A stretch of 64,000 nt of DNA, from NCBI GenBank assembly GCA_043745805.1, contig JAYTSD010000020.1, positions 64,001 to 128,000 on the forward strand, given 5' to 3'. The position numbers were made by a program, and so were the translations under genes. The DNA comes from Fibrobacteria bacterium. Lineage in GTDB: Bacteria > Fibrobacterota > Fibrobacteria > UBA11236. The notes beneath the pieces are model-generated. The model was not told the DNA's origin, made no database searches, and worked only from the letters and a program-made list of their open reading frames with translations. Positions 30,226-40,362 of the stretch are shown here, piece by piece; the stretch's first letter is position 1; each line of letters opens with the position of its first letter.

Positions 30226-31971
30226 ATGCAAGCTACGAACAAAATACTTTTTGCCGCATTGGGATTGGCAATCAGTTCGACTTTTGGACAAACTTTTAAC
30301 TACGATAAATGCGCTGGTGGCACTGGTGCGGCTCTAGCAGCAACCGATTTCAGTAAAGAAACTCTTTTCAGCTATGTTGATGGTGGCGCAAATATGAATG
30401 AGCCCACAAAAATGGCAATAACCAATGATGGGAAAATATTTTTTACCGATCGTATTTCCTCTGATTTTGGACAAACTACCATATTAGCCGCTACAGCTAA
30501 AATACGTCTCTTAGACCCTAAAACGAAAACAGCTACTGTTGTCGGAACATTACCTGTCACCACTAAAATGTACGAAATGGGTATTTCTGGGATTGCCCTT
30601 GATCCTGCTTTTGATACGAACCATTTCTTATACGTTTTTTATACACCTGCATTAGCTGCAAATGTAGATGTAGCGAACAAAGTGTTTCGTGTTTCACGTT
30701 TTACTTTTACAAACAATGCATTGGATATGACCTCCGAAGTGAAGGTGCTTGAAATACCTTCTCAAACTGATGTTTGCTGCCACACCGGTGGATCTATGCA
30801 ATTTGATGGCGCGGGTAACTTGTGGATAACTGTGGGTAATAACACAGAAAACAATGGTTATTATGTTATTGAAAATAGCCCAAAAGCTACCGGTAGCAGA
30901 GACACCCTATCGGTTGGAGATGACCAAGGTCATGCAGCGAATACCAATGATTTACGCGGAAAAATTTTACGTATTCATCCTACACCCGATGGAAAATACA
31001 CCATTCCAACTGGAAATTTATTTCCAGTTGGAACTGCAAAAACCAGACCGGAAATTTATACCATGGGCCACAGAAATGCTTATTCATTATATGTAGACAA
31101 GTACCCTGCTTGGCCTATATTTGCATGGGGCGATGTAGGCCCGGATGAAGGATGGGCTACCGAAGAATTAAATTTAAAAACCGGCCCAGGTAATATGGGT
31201 TGGCCATATTTTGCAGGACAAGTAGGGAATCCAAACTATAATATGGTGTCTAGTAAGATTACAAAAAATCCCAAGGCAGGATTAGTTGCTGCCGACTATT
31301 TAAAAGATCCTGCACATCCTAAAAATAATTCCAAAAACAATACAGGTTTAGTTGACCTGCCTCCTGCTCAAGATGCCACCTTTGGGTACATTGAAAGTGC
31401 TGCAATCACAGGTCCAGTGTATCACTATAATGGCTCGCTTAATTCAACAGTAAAATTCCCTCCTCATTTTAATAAAATGTGGTTTCAAACAGATTGGAAT
31501 TTCGGTTGGCTAAAGGTTTCATCTGTAGATAGCACTGGAAAAGTTGGAGCACAAACATCACTTTGGACTGCCTTGACAACGTCTCATCCAATTGATATGG
31601 AATTCGGCCCTGACGGGGCACTATATGTGGTCGAATATGGCGGCCAGTACTTCAAATCACTTGCTGCAACTACAAAAATATCTCGAATTATTTATAAGGG
31701 AACTTGTACTGACCCAAATTTATCGCTTCCAAGTAGTGTTGTGGGCGTCCTCAATCATCAGTATAAGTTGCCTTCATTCGGCAAAAACAGCCTCCTCTCC
31801 AACCTAAGCGCAGGTGCAAGCATTGACTTGCCTTCCGAAGCCAAAGGCTTTTCCTTATACAATATGCAAGGCCAAAAAGTTTGGGAATATGCTCGTCAAG
31901 ATGCCGCACAAAAAAAAGTGTTAGTTCCCGAAACTGTACAAAAAGGTATTCTCCAAGTTATACCTTTCTAA
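30226..31971 (+). CDS. Secreted PQQ-dependent sugar dehydrogenase (GSDH beta-propeller) with T9SS-like C-terminal domain
   Basis: CCHTGG, NDLRGKILRIHP, PEIYTMGHRN, DMEFGPDGALYV; ATG 30226 follows a GAGGGAG SD. Confidence 0.88.
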   Translation: MQATNKILFAALGLAISSTFGQTFNYDKCAGGTGAALAATDFSKETLFSYVDGGANMNEPTKMAITNDGKIFFTDRISSDFGQTTILAATAKIRLLDPKTKTATVVGTLPVTTKMYEMGISGIALDPAFDTNHFLYVFYTPALAANVDVANKVFRVSRFTFTNNALDMTSEVKVLEIPSQTDVCCHTGGSMQFDGAGNLWITVGNNTENNGYYVIENSPKATGSRDTLSVGDDQGHAANTNDLRGKILRIHPTPDGKYTIPTGNLFPVGTAKTRPEIYTMGHRNAYSLYVDKYPAWPIFAWGDVGPDEGWATEELNLKTGPGNMGWPYFAGQVGNPNYNMVSSKITKNPKAGLVAADYLKDPAHPKNNSKNNTGLVDLPPAQDATFGYIESAAITGPVYHYNGSLNSTVKFPPHFNKMWFQTDWNFGWLKVSSVDSTGKVGAQTSLWTALTTSHPIDMEFGPDGALYVVEYGGQYFKSLAATTKISRIIYKGTCTDPNLSLPSSVVGVLNHQYKLPSFGKNSLLSNLSAGASIDLPSEAKGFSLYNMQGQKVWEYARQDAAQKKVLVPETVQKGILQVIPF

Positions 31972-31993
31972 AAATCCATTTCCCTCTAAACTC

Positions 31994-32022
31994 AAACCCC
32001 GTGCTAGTCGCGGGGTTTTTTG
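31994..32022 (+). terminator. Intrinsic terminator
   Basis: AAACCCCGTG-CTAGT-CGCGGGGTTT followed by T tract. Confidence 0.8.
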
Positions 32023-32061
32023 TTTTTAAAAAGTTATTTTACTAAGGAAAAAAGGAGAGTC

Positions 32062-33810
32062 ATGCCAAACAATACAAAAACTCTATTCACTGCCTTGAGC
32101 TTAACTTTAAGCTCATCCTTTGGCATAGCCTATGGCCAAACACTCACTTACCCCAATTGTGCTAATCCATTGGTGGCAGGTGATTTCAAAAAAACCATTT
32201 TAGTGGATAGAGTAAAGGATCCTACTTTAGAAGAGCCGATTAAAATGGCTATTGCTAATGATGGGCGCGTATTTTTTGTGGAAAGAATTTCGGATGGTAT
32301 TGCGGGTGCGCATGTCTCGCCTTTTGCACCAGCCTTTGTAAAACTCTATTCACCTTCAACCGGAGCGGTTACTAAAATCGCGGAATTATCGGTGTCAATT
32401 TCCATGAAGGAAATGGGTATCACTGGAATTGCGTTAGATCCTAATTTTGAGTCGAATGGATTTCTCTATCTTTATTTTAGTCCTGCCGATAATGGAAAGC
32501 CTACTGATAAAGTCTTTCGCATTTCCCGTTTTAATTTTGATGGGGAGAAAATACAGTTAAGTTCGGAAAAAATCCTCTTGTCCATTCCCATTCAAACCGA
32601 TGCTTGTTGTCATACGGGTGGATCAATGCAATTCGATGGAAAAGGTAACCTATGGGTTACGATAGGAAATAACACGGATAATTCCAGTGGCTATTATGTG
32701 GTAGAGAATAGCAAAAAAGCTACATCAAGCTTAGATACCTTGCCTATTGGCGATGATCAAGGTCATGCGGCCAACACCAATGATCTGCGCGGTAAAATTT
32801 TACGTATACATCCCGAAGCCGATGGTAGCTATTCTATTCCGGATAATAACCTTTTCCCCAAAGAGTTGGCAGGTACGCGCCCTGAAATTTATTCTATGGG
32901 ACATCGCAACCCCTATTCTTTATTTGTGGATAAATATCCCAGTTGGCCATTATATGCTTGGGGCGATGTAGGCCCAGATGAAGGGGGATACACGGAAGAG
33001 TTAAATTTGAAAACTAAACCGGGTTTTATGGGTTGGCCTTATTTTTCGGGTAATACGATTACCAATATCGGTTATAAATTTGCCTCCTTTGCCATCGCCT
33101 TAAAGAATGTTCCGGGCCTAGTTGCTGCGGACTATGCCAAAGATCCCTTAAACCCAATAAATAATTCCATCAATAATACTGGCCTTAAAAATTTACCGCC
33201 GACCCAAGATGCAACTTTTGGTTACCCCCGTAGCACAGCAATGACGGGTCCCGTTTATCATTATAATGGCAAATCGACATCGACGATTAAATTTCCACCG
33301 CAATTTAATAAAATGTGGTTTATGGCCGATCATAATAAAACTTGGCTAAAGGTTTCTTCTGTGGATAGTTTGGGTAATGTAAGCGCACAAATTGATATTT
33401 CGACTATCATAAGTTTTGCAGCGGTTGATCATCCCATTGATTTAGAGTTTGGCCCTGACGGCGCACTTTATGTGATTAATTATGCGGGCTATTTTAATTC
33501 CACCGCCAACACTAAAATTATTCGTATTGAATATAATGGGGCATGCGCTGATGTTGATTTATTGCCTCCAAGTTTAGTATCCGGAATTTTTAAAGGGTCA
33601 CATAAACTAATCACTTTAGGTAAAAACAGTCTATTCTCTAACTTACGTGCAGGCTCAAGCATTGACTTACCATCCGAAGCCAAAGGTTTTTCACTTTATA
33701 ATATGCAAGGACAAAAAGTTTGGGAATACCACCGTCAAGATATTATTCAAAAAAAGGTTATTGTACCTGAAGCGGTGCAAAAAGGGGTTTTGCAAGTTAT
33801 GCTTTTATAA
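32062..33810 (+). CDS. Secreted PQQ-dependent sugar dehydrogenase paralogue with T9SS-like C-terminal domain
   Basis: Same motifs as upstream copy; ATG 32062 follows an AAGGAG SD. Confidence 0.88.
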   Translation: MPNNTKTLFTALSLTLSSSFGIAYGQTLTYPNCANPLVAGDFKKTILVDRVKDPTLEEPIKMAIANDGRVFFVERISDGIAGAHVSPFAPAFVKLYSPSTGAVTKIAELSVSISMKEMGITGIALDPNFESNGFLYLYFSPADNGKPTDKVFRISRFNFDGEKIQLSSEKILLSIPIQTDACCHTGGSMQFDGKGNLWVTIGNNTDNSSGYYVVENSKKATSSLDTLPIGDDQGHAANTNDLRGKILRIHPEADGSYSIPDNNLFPKELAGTRPEIYSMGHRNPYSLFVDKYPSWPLYAWGDVGPDEGGYTEELNLKTKPGFMGWPYFSGNTITNIGYKFASFAIALKNVPGLVAADYAKDPLNPINNSINNTGLKNLPPTQDATFGYPRSTAMTGPVYHYNGKSTSTIKFPPQFNKMWFMADHNKTWLKVSSVDSLGNVSAQIDISTIISFAAVDHPIDLEFGPDGALYVINYAGYFNSTANTKIIRIEYNGACADVDLLPPSLVSGIFKGSHKLITLGKNSLFSNLRAGSSIDLPSEAKGFSLYNMQGQKVWEYHRQDIIQKKVIVPEAVQKGVLQVMLL

Positions 33811-33838
33811 TAAGTCATATAAATGCTAAAATAACCTC

Positions 33839-34528
33839 ATGCAAATTTCCATAGTTATCCCTGTTTATAATGAAGCGAAAACTGTTCTCGATGTTTACGC
33901 TTCTATTCGCATTACTGCTATCGCCAACGAAATCATTTTTGTGAATGATGGTAGCACCGACGAGAGCGCAAATCTGCTAAATAGCATTATAAATCAATTA
34001 GGTGTAAAAATTATTCATCAGCCGTTTAATAAAGGCAAAGGAGCCGCTTTGCGTGAAGGGATTGCTGCCGCGAGTGGTGAGGTGATTTTAATTCAGGATG
34101 CGGATTTGGAATATGATCCTGCGGATTATCCCACTTTGTTAAAACCTATTTTAGATGGCAAGGCGGACGTGGTTTATGGATCACGCTTTACGGGCGATGT
34201 GCGCCGCATTCAATTTTTTTGGCATGCTTTAGGTAATAAAATGTTGACTTTGTTTTCTAATGTGTTCACCAATCTTAATTTATCGGATATGGAAACTTGT
34301 TATAAAGTTTTTACTAAAGAAGCTTTTGCAGGAATTCAAATTGAAGAAGCGCGTTTTGGTTTTGAACCAGAAATTACCGCGAAGCTCGCACGAAAAAATT
34401 TACGCATTTATGAAGTGCCGATTTCATACCATGGACGCAGTTATGCCGAAGGCAAAAAGATCCGCTTGCGTGATGGCTTGCGAGCGATTTGGGTTATTCT
34501 TAAATATGGAATATGGAAACGAGAATGA
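33839..34528 (+). CDS. Glycosyltransferase family 2 (polyprenol-phosphate glycosyltransferase-like)
   Basis: [45 protein letters not shown]. Confidence 0.92.
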   Translation: MQISIVIPVYNEAKTVLDVYASIRITAIANEIIFVNDGSTDESANLLNSIINQLGVKIIHQPFNKGKGAALREGIAAASGEVILIQDADLEYDPADYPTLLKPILDGKADVVYGSRFTGDVRRIQFFWHALGNKMLTLFSNVFTNLNLSDMETCYKVFTKEAFAGIQIEEARFGFEPEITAKLARKNLRIYEVPISYHGRSYAEGKKIRLRDGLRAIWVILKYGIWKRE

Positions 34529-34764
34529 TCGATAAATCCATTTTAAAATGGCTACCGAAAAGACCAAAAATAGTAGGGGTTGAAAATCTTCAACCCCTAC
34601 TATTTCAAATTGTCCTTTTATTTGGAATGGCAATATTCCTTTTGTTCAAAGGAAAATGGAAATGGTCGCGATTATTTTTAGGCGGAATAATTTCTTTGTT
34701 ATATGATATGAAAAATCGCCGCCTTTATGAAAAGGTTTTGCAAGGAATCAAATCAAAAATGTAG
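34525..34764 (+). CDS. Small hypothetical membrane protein (carries a REP-like hairpin in frame)
   Basis: ATGA overlap with GT2 stop; two hydrophobic stretches. Confidence 0.4.
   Translation: MIDKSILKWLPKRPKIVGVENLQPLLFQIVLLFGMAIFLLFKGKWKWSRLFLGGIISLLYDMKNRRLYEKVLQGIKSKM
34568..34605. repeat. GTAG-type REP-like palindrome, copy 1
   Basis: AAATAGTAGGGGTTGAA-AATC-TTCAACCCCTACTATTT, perfect 17-bp stem. Confidence 0.8.
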
Positions 34765-34789
34765 GGGTTGACGATTTTCAACCCCTACA
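34760..34789. repeat. GTAG-type REP-like palindrome, copy 2 (inverted relative to copy 1; may also act as terminator between convergent genes)
   Basis: TGTAGGGGTTGA-CGATTT-TCAACCCCTACA. Confidence 0.8.
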
Positions 34790-34792
34790 AAC

Positions 34793-37495
34793 CTACGCTG
34801 AATTTCGACTCGCATTGATATTCGCCGCCATCGCCTTCACCACCATTTTAGTATAAATCTCTAAAGCTTCTTGAGAAGATTCTTCTGGTTTTACGCGCAA
34901 TTGCTTTACGCGATTCATGGCATATTGTTGAATCACCAATAAAGGCAAAATTAATTTTTCACGGATGTAAATACTTTCCCTCACGGGTAATGCTGTCTCT
35001 AATAATTTATGTTGGCCGGTAATTTCTTTTAATAAATCTTTAGCTTGCGTTGCCTCGGAATAAATGAGCTTCCAAAATTTTCCAAAACGCTTGTCTTTAG
35101 CCAAGTATTGAGTGAGCGCGAAATTCGATTTACTTAAACTCATCATGGCATTTTCCACCAAGGTGTGAAAAAATAAAGAGTTCTTATATAAGTCTTTTAA
35201 TTCCGTTTTGCGGCCTTGGGCTATAAGCTTTGCGAGGGCAATACCAAAGCCATAAAAGCCTGGAATATTCTGTTTCATTTGGCTCCATGCCCCTACAAAA
35301 GGTATAGCGCGTAAATCTTCAAAGCGTAAAGCTTCACTTTGTTTACGGCGCGTGGGGCGACTCGCAATATTCAATAAATTATAATAGCCGAGTGGTGTGA
35401 TTTCTTCGAGATACGGAATAAATAATTCATGCTGTTTAAACTTGGTATAAGCATCGGCACTAATAGCAGATAATTGATCGAGGAGCTGTACATTTTCAGG
35501 AGTTAACTCTTCGGCTTCCTCGGGAAATAAAGTGCATTCTAATCCAGAAGTAAATAATTGTTCCACATTATAACGTGCGGCTTGAGGCGTGCCATAACTG
35601 GACGTAATGGTTTGTCCCTGTACGGTAAGTTGAATTTCATTATGTTCAATACTTTTACCGAGTGAACGATAAAATTTATGCGTGTTACCTCCCCCGCGTG
35701 AAGGCGGTCCGCCGCGACCATCAAAGAAAATAACTTGCACACCATGTGCCCGCGATATTTGTGTGAGGCGTTGTTTGGCTTTGTAAATAGCCCAGTTGGC
35801 GGTGATATAGCCGCCATCTTTAGTACCATCGGAAAAGCCTAACATAATGGTTTGCTTAGATCCGCGACGACTTAAATGTTTTAGATAAAATTTATGCCGA
35901 TATAAGGTTTCCATAATGAGTTCAGCATTTTTTAAATCTTCAATAGTTTCAAAGAGCGGCACAATATCCAAATCGAGTCGATTAACTTTCATACTGGCAA
36001 AAGAGGCAAGCGCCATTACTTCCAAAATGTTTGCTGCGGAATGGCTTTGACTAATGACATAGCGATTAAGCCCTCTTTCGCCATTGGATTTTTGAATAGC
36101 TTTTACAGCGGTAAAGGACGCTAACGTATCTTCCAACAAAGCATCCAAGTGTTTATGTTGTACCGCAAATTGAGGATTGGGTAGAGCCAACCATTTTTCC
36201 AACGCTAATAGTCGATTTTCCTCACTTAAGTTACCGTAACGTCTAAGTTCTATGGCTAATTCTTCGGGAATACCTTTTTTGAAATCGAGATATTGGAAAA
36301 TTTGGGCTAAGGTTTGCGCGTGGATGCGGCTGTCTTGGCGTAAATCAATGGAGGCAAAATGGAAACCGAACACTTGCACTTTGCTAATGAATAAATCCAG
36401 CCATTCGGTAAATAAGCCTTGATGATTTTTTGATAAATCTTCGCGTAAACCCTGCAGGTCTTTTAGAAGTTGCTCCGCAGTTATATAAGGCATGGCTTTG
36501 CCTAGCCGAGTAGTTTTTTCGGAGCCGGCATTTCTTAAGTTGCGAATGGCTTTTTCTTCAATTTGCGGTGCTTGCGTTTCTTTTAAACGTGCAGCAATGA
36601 CCACTAATTTTTCACTAATACCGTCAAAAGTGAGCCTTCTTTGTAAGGCCTCAATATCTTTGAGATATAAAGCGAATAAACTTTGACGTAACAGTTGACC
36701 CACTTGCAGGGTGATTTCTGTAGTAACAAAGGGATTACCGTCTCTATCGCCACCCGGCCAAAACCCTAATTCAATACAAGGATCGAGCGAAGCGGTGGGT
36801 TGTTGATTATCGGCTTTTATAGCCACGGCCGCCGCTAAGCGGGCTTGCAAATTAGGTAAAGTGGGATAGAATACATTTTCCAAATACCAAAGCAAACTCT
36901 TGGCTTCATCTAATGGCGTAGGTTTGGCTCGGTTTTGAAAGCGAGTTTTACCGGTTTGCAAAAGTAAATTACGAATATCGTTTAAGTGATTGCCTTGAAT
37001 GGCTTCACTCAAATCAGTAAGTATGCTAAGAATAGATCCGGGATAAAATTGCGTAGGATGAGCAGTTAATACAATTCGGGTACGGTAATGCGCAAGTTCC
37101 TTAGCTAAATTTTCTCGGCCTTGATTATCCTGTGTGCGTCCCAATAAATGGGTTAAAGTGCCAGGACCATCCATGGCATTGAGTTCTTCAAAGGCGGCAT
37201 CTTCCAAGGCATCGAAGAGTACCACTTGCCTTTCCACCAATTGCAAAAACTTGAATAATCTTTTGAGTTGATTTTCAAAATTCATTTTACGTGGCAGCTC
37301 TTTAAAATATTCTTGTACAATATCATAAGGAGATTTACCCGCCGCTAATTTTTCCGCGCAGGCTTTGGCAAATAAAGGCAATTGCACGCCCGTATCTTCA
37401 ATATCTTCAAAAGGCAAACCTAAAAACAGCCCATTATAAAGCTGATATTTCATTGCCACTAATTCGCGAAAAGCCTGCAAAGGTCCGGTAGTCAT
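34793..37495 (-). CDS. ppc: Phosphoenolpyruvate carboxylase
   Basis: VLTAHPTQ, GGDRDGNPFVT, PLFETIEDL, MLGFSDGTKDGG, GRGGPPSRGGG, LRAIPF. Confidence 0.96.
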   Translation of the reverse strand: MTTGPLQAFRELVAMKYQLYNGLFLGLPFEDIEDTGVQLPLFAKACAEKLAAGKSPYDIVQEYFKELPRKMNFENQLKRLFKFLQLVERQVVLFDALEDAAFEELNAMDGPGTLTHLLGRTQDNQGRENLAKELAHYRTRIVLTAHPTQFYPGSILSILTDLSEAIQGNHLNDIRNLLLQTGKTRFQNRAKPTPLDEAKSLLWYLENVFYPTLPNLQARLAAAVAIKADNQQPTASLDPCIELGFWPGGDRDGNPFVTTEITLQVGQLLRQSLFALYLKDIEALQRRLTFDGISEKLVVIAARLKETQAPQIEEKAIRNLRNAGSEKTTRLGKAMPYITAEQLLKDLQGLREDLSKNHQGLFTEWLDLFISKVQVFGFHFASIDLRQDSRIHAQTLAQIFQYLDFKKGIPEELAIELRRYGNLSEENRLLALEKWLALPNPQFAVQHKHLDALLEDTLASFTAVKAIQKSNGERGLNRYVISQSHSAANILEVMALASFASMKVNRLDLDIVPLFETIEDLKNAELIMETLYRHKFYLKHLSRRGSKQTIMLGFSDGTKDGGYITANWAIYKAKQRLTQISRAHGVQVIFFDGRGGPPSRGGGNTHKFYRSLGKSIEHNEIQLTVQGQTITSSYGTPQAARYNVEQLFTSGLECTLFPEEAEELTPENVQLLDQLSAISADAYTKFKQHELFIPYLEEITPLGYYNLLNIASRPTRRKQSEALRFEDLRAIPFVGAWSQMKQNIPGFYGFGIALAKLIAQGRKTELKDLYKNSLFFHTLVENAMMSLSKSNFALTQYLAKDKRFGKFWKLIYSEATQAKDLLKEITGQHKLLETALPVRESIYIREKLILPLLVIQQYAMNRVKQLRVKPEESSQEALEIYTKMVVKAMAANINASRNSA

Positions 37496-38277
37496 GACAT
37501 ACTCTTTTCTGAAGTAGGTTTATAAGGTTTTGGTTTGACGCCTAGCAATACGCCTTCACGTCGCATTTGCTTAAAACGTTCGCGATAAATCTTTTCTAAT
37601 TCTGGATTTCCCGTTAAAGGCAAAATCAACTCATGACTTTCCGCTTCGTTAAATTGCGAATGAATAATTTCATAACCTTGTCCAAATATCCAATTGAAGA
37701 GTAACGCGGCTTCAGGATTAGGATTTTGGGAATCTGTTTTGCTTTGGTTACTTTGCTTGCTTTGTAAAGACAGGGTAACCTGTAGGTTAAAGTCTCCGGG
37801 TTGCACATCGTATTGATCATCTACCCAATAACCTTTTCCATTAATTGTAAGCTCGGGATAATCTTCGGACTTAATATTATCGGGAAAAAATTCCGCATAG
37901 GCTAAAGTGTAACCTTGATTCGCCATGGTAATGGCTTGGGAAAAACGTGCGAATTTACAGCGTTCATGTCGCTTATTTCTTTCGGATTCCGGTAAGGTTA
38001 GCATATAGTTTTCAAAGCCGGCTTCAAATTCGGGTTCGGGTAAATTTTGGCCTTTGCCGGATAATACACTCCAGCTGGTTAAATCCATCCATACCATAGG
38101 ATGCTGCGCAAAAGCGGGATCGGCGCTAAAAAATTCAAAGACGGCAAAAGCCCCAGCTTGTTTACTGTCAATGTCATAATGTTCTACGACACCGAATTCA
38201 CGACCTAAATAATCTCTTAATAAAAACTGCGGCTTACGGGTTTCCCCAACGATTTGAAAGTATGGCTGAAATCTCAT
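37492..38277 (-). CDS. Hypothetical protein
   Basis: 261-aa ORF with 4-bp overlap onto ppc start. Confidence 0.7.
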   Translation of the reverse strand: MRFQPYFQIVGETRKPQFLLRDYLGREFGVVEHYDIDSKQAGAFAVFEFFSADPAFAQHPMVWMDLTSWSVLSGKGQNLPEPEFEAGFENYMLTLPESERNKRHERCKFARFSQAITMANQGYTLAYAEFFPDNIKSEDYPELTINGKGYWVDDQYDVQPGDFNLQVTLSLQSKQSNQSKTDSQNPNPEAALLFNWIFGQGYEIIHSQFNEAESHELILPLTGNPELEKIYRERFKQMRREGVLLGVKPKPYKPTSEKSMS

Positions 38278-38417
38278 AGTGCAAAGATATTAAAACACGC
38301 GCAAGCCTTGGCCTACCTAGAACGCTCATTCTTCGTAAACTTTTAAAAGCTTGAGAAAATTTTAATTTGTGCCTTTGTATTACCCACTAAAACCGCCTTA
38401 TCTCACGCGAAAAACAC

Positions 38418-38918
38418 TTGCCTTATTATCTTTCGTTTATGTTCTCTTCTTTAGAAAATTATATTTCGGATTATTGTGCCTCTGAGCATTTTATGTTTTT
38501 GGATGCGCCATTAAAAGAACAAGCGGAATCCTTACTAAATCATTTTTTACAAAAGGCCGAAGCAGAAGGCAAAGCGCATGGCGGCGCGGATAGTTTAAAA
38601 GCGGCTCAGGTGGAAAAAATTCTCATGGAAGAATTTCCCAAGCTGCAATTAGACCTAGCGGTAAAAAAAGGTTTGCCAGATTTATTCATTGCTTTTTTTG
38701 GTTATCTGCGTGATACGGGACGCTTTCCACCTGCTTCGGCTTGGCAATTTTGTGCGGAAACCATTAAGCCCAAATTCTTAAATCGTTTGCGTGAGGATGG
38801 TTCGGTACGTGGTAACACTTTCAAAAAACAATATACCGATGTGGGCCGCAATGATCCTTGCCCTTGTGGTAGCGGACAAAAGTTTAAAAAGTGCTGCATG
38901 CCTTTAATCAGTGGCTAG
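38418..38918 (+). CDS. SEC-C motif protein
   Basis: C-terminal VGRNDPCPCGSGQKFKKCC; true start may be a downstream ATG. Confidence 0.85.
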   Translation: MPYYLSFMFSSLENYISDYCASEHFMFLDAPLKEQAESLLNHFLQKAEAEGKAHGGADSLKAAQVEKILMEEFPKLQLDLAVKKGLPDLFIAFFGYLRDTGRFPPASAWQFCAETIKPKFLNRLREDGSVRGNTFKKQYTDVGRNDPCPCGSGQKFKKCCMPLISG

Positions 38919-39009
38919 TATAAGGTTGACGGCAGGCTTAACAGCTGTATACGCGCTACTGTTGGCCTTTTCCTCCCAAAAGATTACCTTTATCCACCTA
39001 TTGAAATAC

Positions 39010-39093
39010 GCCTAGGTGGTGAAATTGGTAGACACGCAAGATTCAGGTTCTTGTGACCGCAAGGTTATAGGAGTTCAAGTCTCCTCCTGGGCA
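39010..39093 (+). tRNA. tRNA-Leu (anticodon CAG)
   Basis: Acceptor GCCTAGG/CCTGGGC+A; D-arm GGTGAAATTGGTAGACAC; anticodon arm CAAGA-TTCAGGT-TCTTG; long variable arm; GGAG-TTCAAGT-CTCC T-arm; CCA not encoded. Confidence 0.95.
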
Positions 39094-39106
39094 TTTCAAT
39101 AAAAAG

Positions 39107-40267
39107 TTAATCCTTAACTATTCGGGCAAGTTCAGTTATGGGCAAAGCAAAAGTGTGTTTTTGCACGGGATAATATTCTTTTCCGGGATAAACCACATAG
39201 CCGCGACGACAAGCTAAATCAGTCATTCCTTCCCAAAACCCGCGTGATAATTTCGGCTCGAGGGAATATTTAATTTCGATGGCGATGGGGGCTTTATTCG
39301 GTGGAAATAAAACCAAATCAATTTCGGCTCCACCGCTGGTGCGATAGTAAAAGGCTTGCCAGCCTGTGGGTAAAGCAGCGATGATTTGCTCTACTACAAA
39401 TCCTTCGAATACGCTCCCTAAAGCGGGATGCCCTAATAATTCATCACGTGAATGAATTTGTAATAAGGTTAAGAGTAGTCCGCTATCGCGTACATAAATT
39501 TTAGGCGATTTGATCACACGTTTTTTCACATTGGCAAAATAAGAGGAAAGTGTACGCGTCAAAAAAGTGTCTTGTAAAATATCAATATAATGACTCACCG
39601 TAGGAGCGGAAACACCCAAGCTACCTGCAATTTTGCTGGCATTCCAAATTTGTCCATGGGCATGAGCGAGCATTTGCCAAAAGCGCCTTAGTTGCTGGGC
39701 TGGAACTCGAATTCCTAATTGCGGGACATCCTTTTCCAGATAGGTGGTAATAAATGCTTCTCGCCAAGCAAAACTTTGCAAGTCATTTTTGGCTAAAAAA
39801 CTATCGGGATAACCGCCCCGTAACATAAGGCGATTTAAATCCTTATCTTGAGTGCCTATTTCACTCAGTAAAAACGGGGTTAATTCATGATAAACGATGC
39901 GTCCAGCAAGGCTTTCGGAAGCTTGGCGTTTTAATTCGGGGGCCGCAGAACCTAAAAGTAAAAACCGGCCTTTGCGCCTATCCTTGTCGATAAGGGCGCG
40001 TAATAAAGGAAACAATTCTGGTTTGCGTTGCATCTCGTCGATAATGATGACATGCTGGCGATAATGATCGAGATAAAGTTCCGGTTCTTTGAGTTTGGCT
40101 AAATCGGAAGGTAACTCCAAATCTAAATAGAGTGCCGACTTGGAAAGGCCGCGCACTAAGGATTTTGCAAGAGTGGTTTTTCCGGTTTGCCTTGATCCCA
40201 ATAGACCTACCGCAGGGAAATTTTTGAGCGAAGTGCTAATTTGGGATTTGAGTTGACGTTCTAACAT
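39107..40267 (-). CDS. AAA_14 / DUF4143 ATP-binding protein
   Basis: GSRQTGKTT, IIIDEMQ, LLLGSA, ESLAGR, RGGYP, KSPKIYVRDSG, EIDLV...IEIK. Confidence 0.92.
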   Translation of the reverse strand: MLERQLKSQISTSLKNFPAVGLLGSRQTGKTTLAKSLVRGLSKSALYLDLELPSDLAKLKEPELYLDHYRQHVIIIDEMQRKPELFPLLRALIDKDRRKGRFLLLGSAAPELKRQASESLAGRIVYHELTPFLLSEIGTQDKDLNRLMLRGGYPDSFLAKNDLQSFAWREAFITTYLEKDVPQLGIRVPAQQLRRFWQMLAHAHGQIWNASKIAGSLGVSAPTVSHYIDILQDTFLTRTLSSYFANVKKRVIKSPKIYVRDSGLLLTLLQIHSRDELLGHPALGSVFEGFVVEQIIAALPTGWQAFYYRTSGGAEIDLVLFPPNKAPIAIEIKYSLEPKLSRGFWEGMTDLACRRGYVVYPGKEYYPVQKHTFALPITELARIVKD

Positions 40268-40306
40268 CCTTGTAAATTAAATGATAAGCTTTTAATTTAC
40301 AAGGAT
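40266..40306. promoter_or_regulatory. Operator-like palindrome 1, overlapping the ATPase start codon
   Basis: ATCCTTGTAAATTAAA-N9-TTTAATTTACAAGGAT, perfect 16-bp arms. Confidence 0.65.
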
Positions 40307-40362
40307 CAAGAGCAAATATTTTTATTACTCCAGAGAGACGCAAAGCTAAAGGCTTATAAAAG

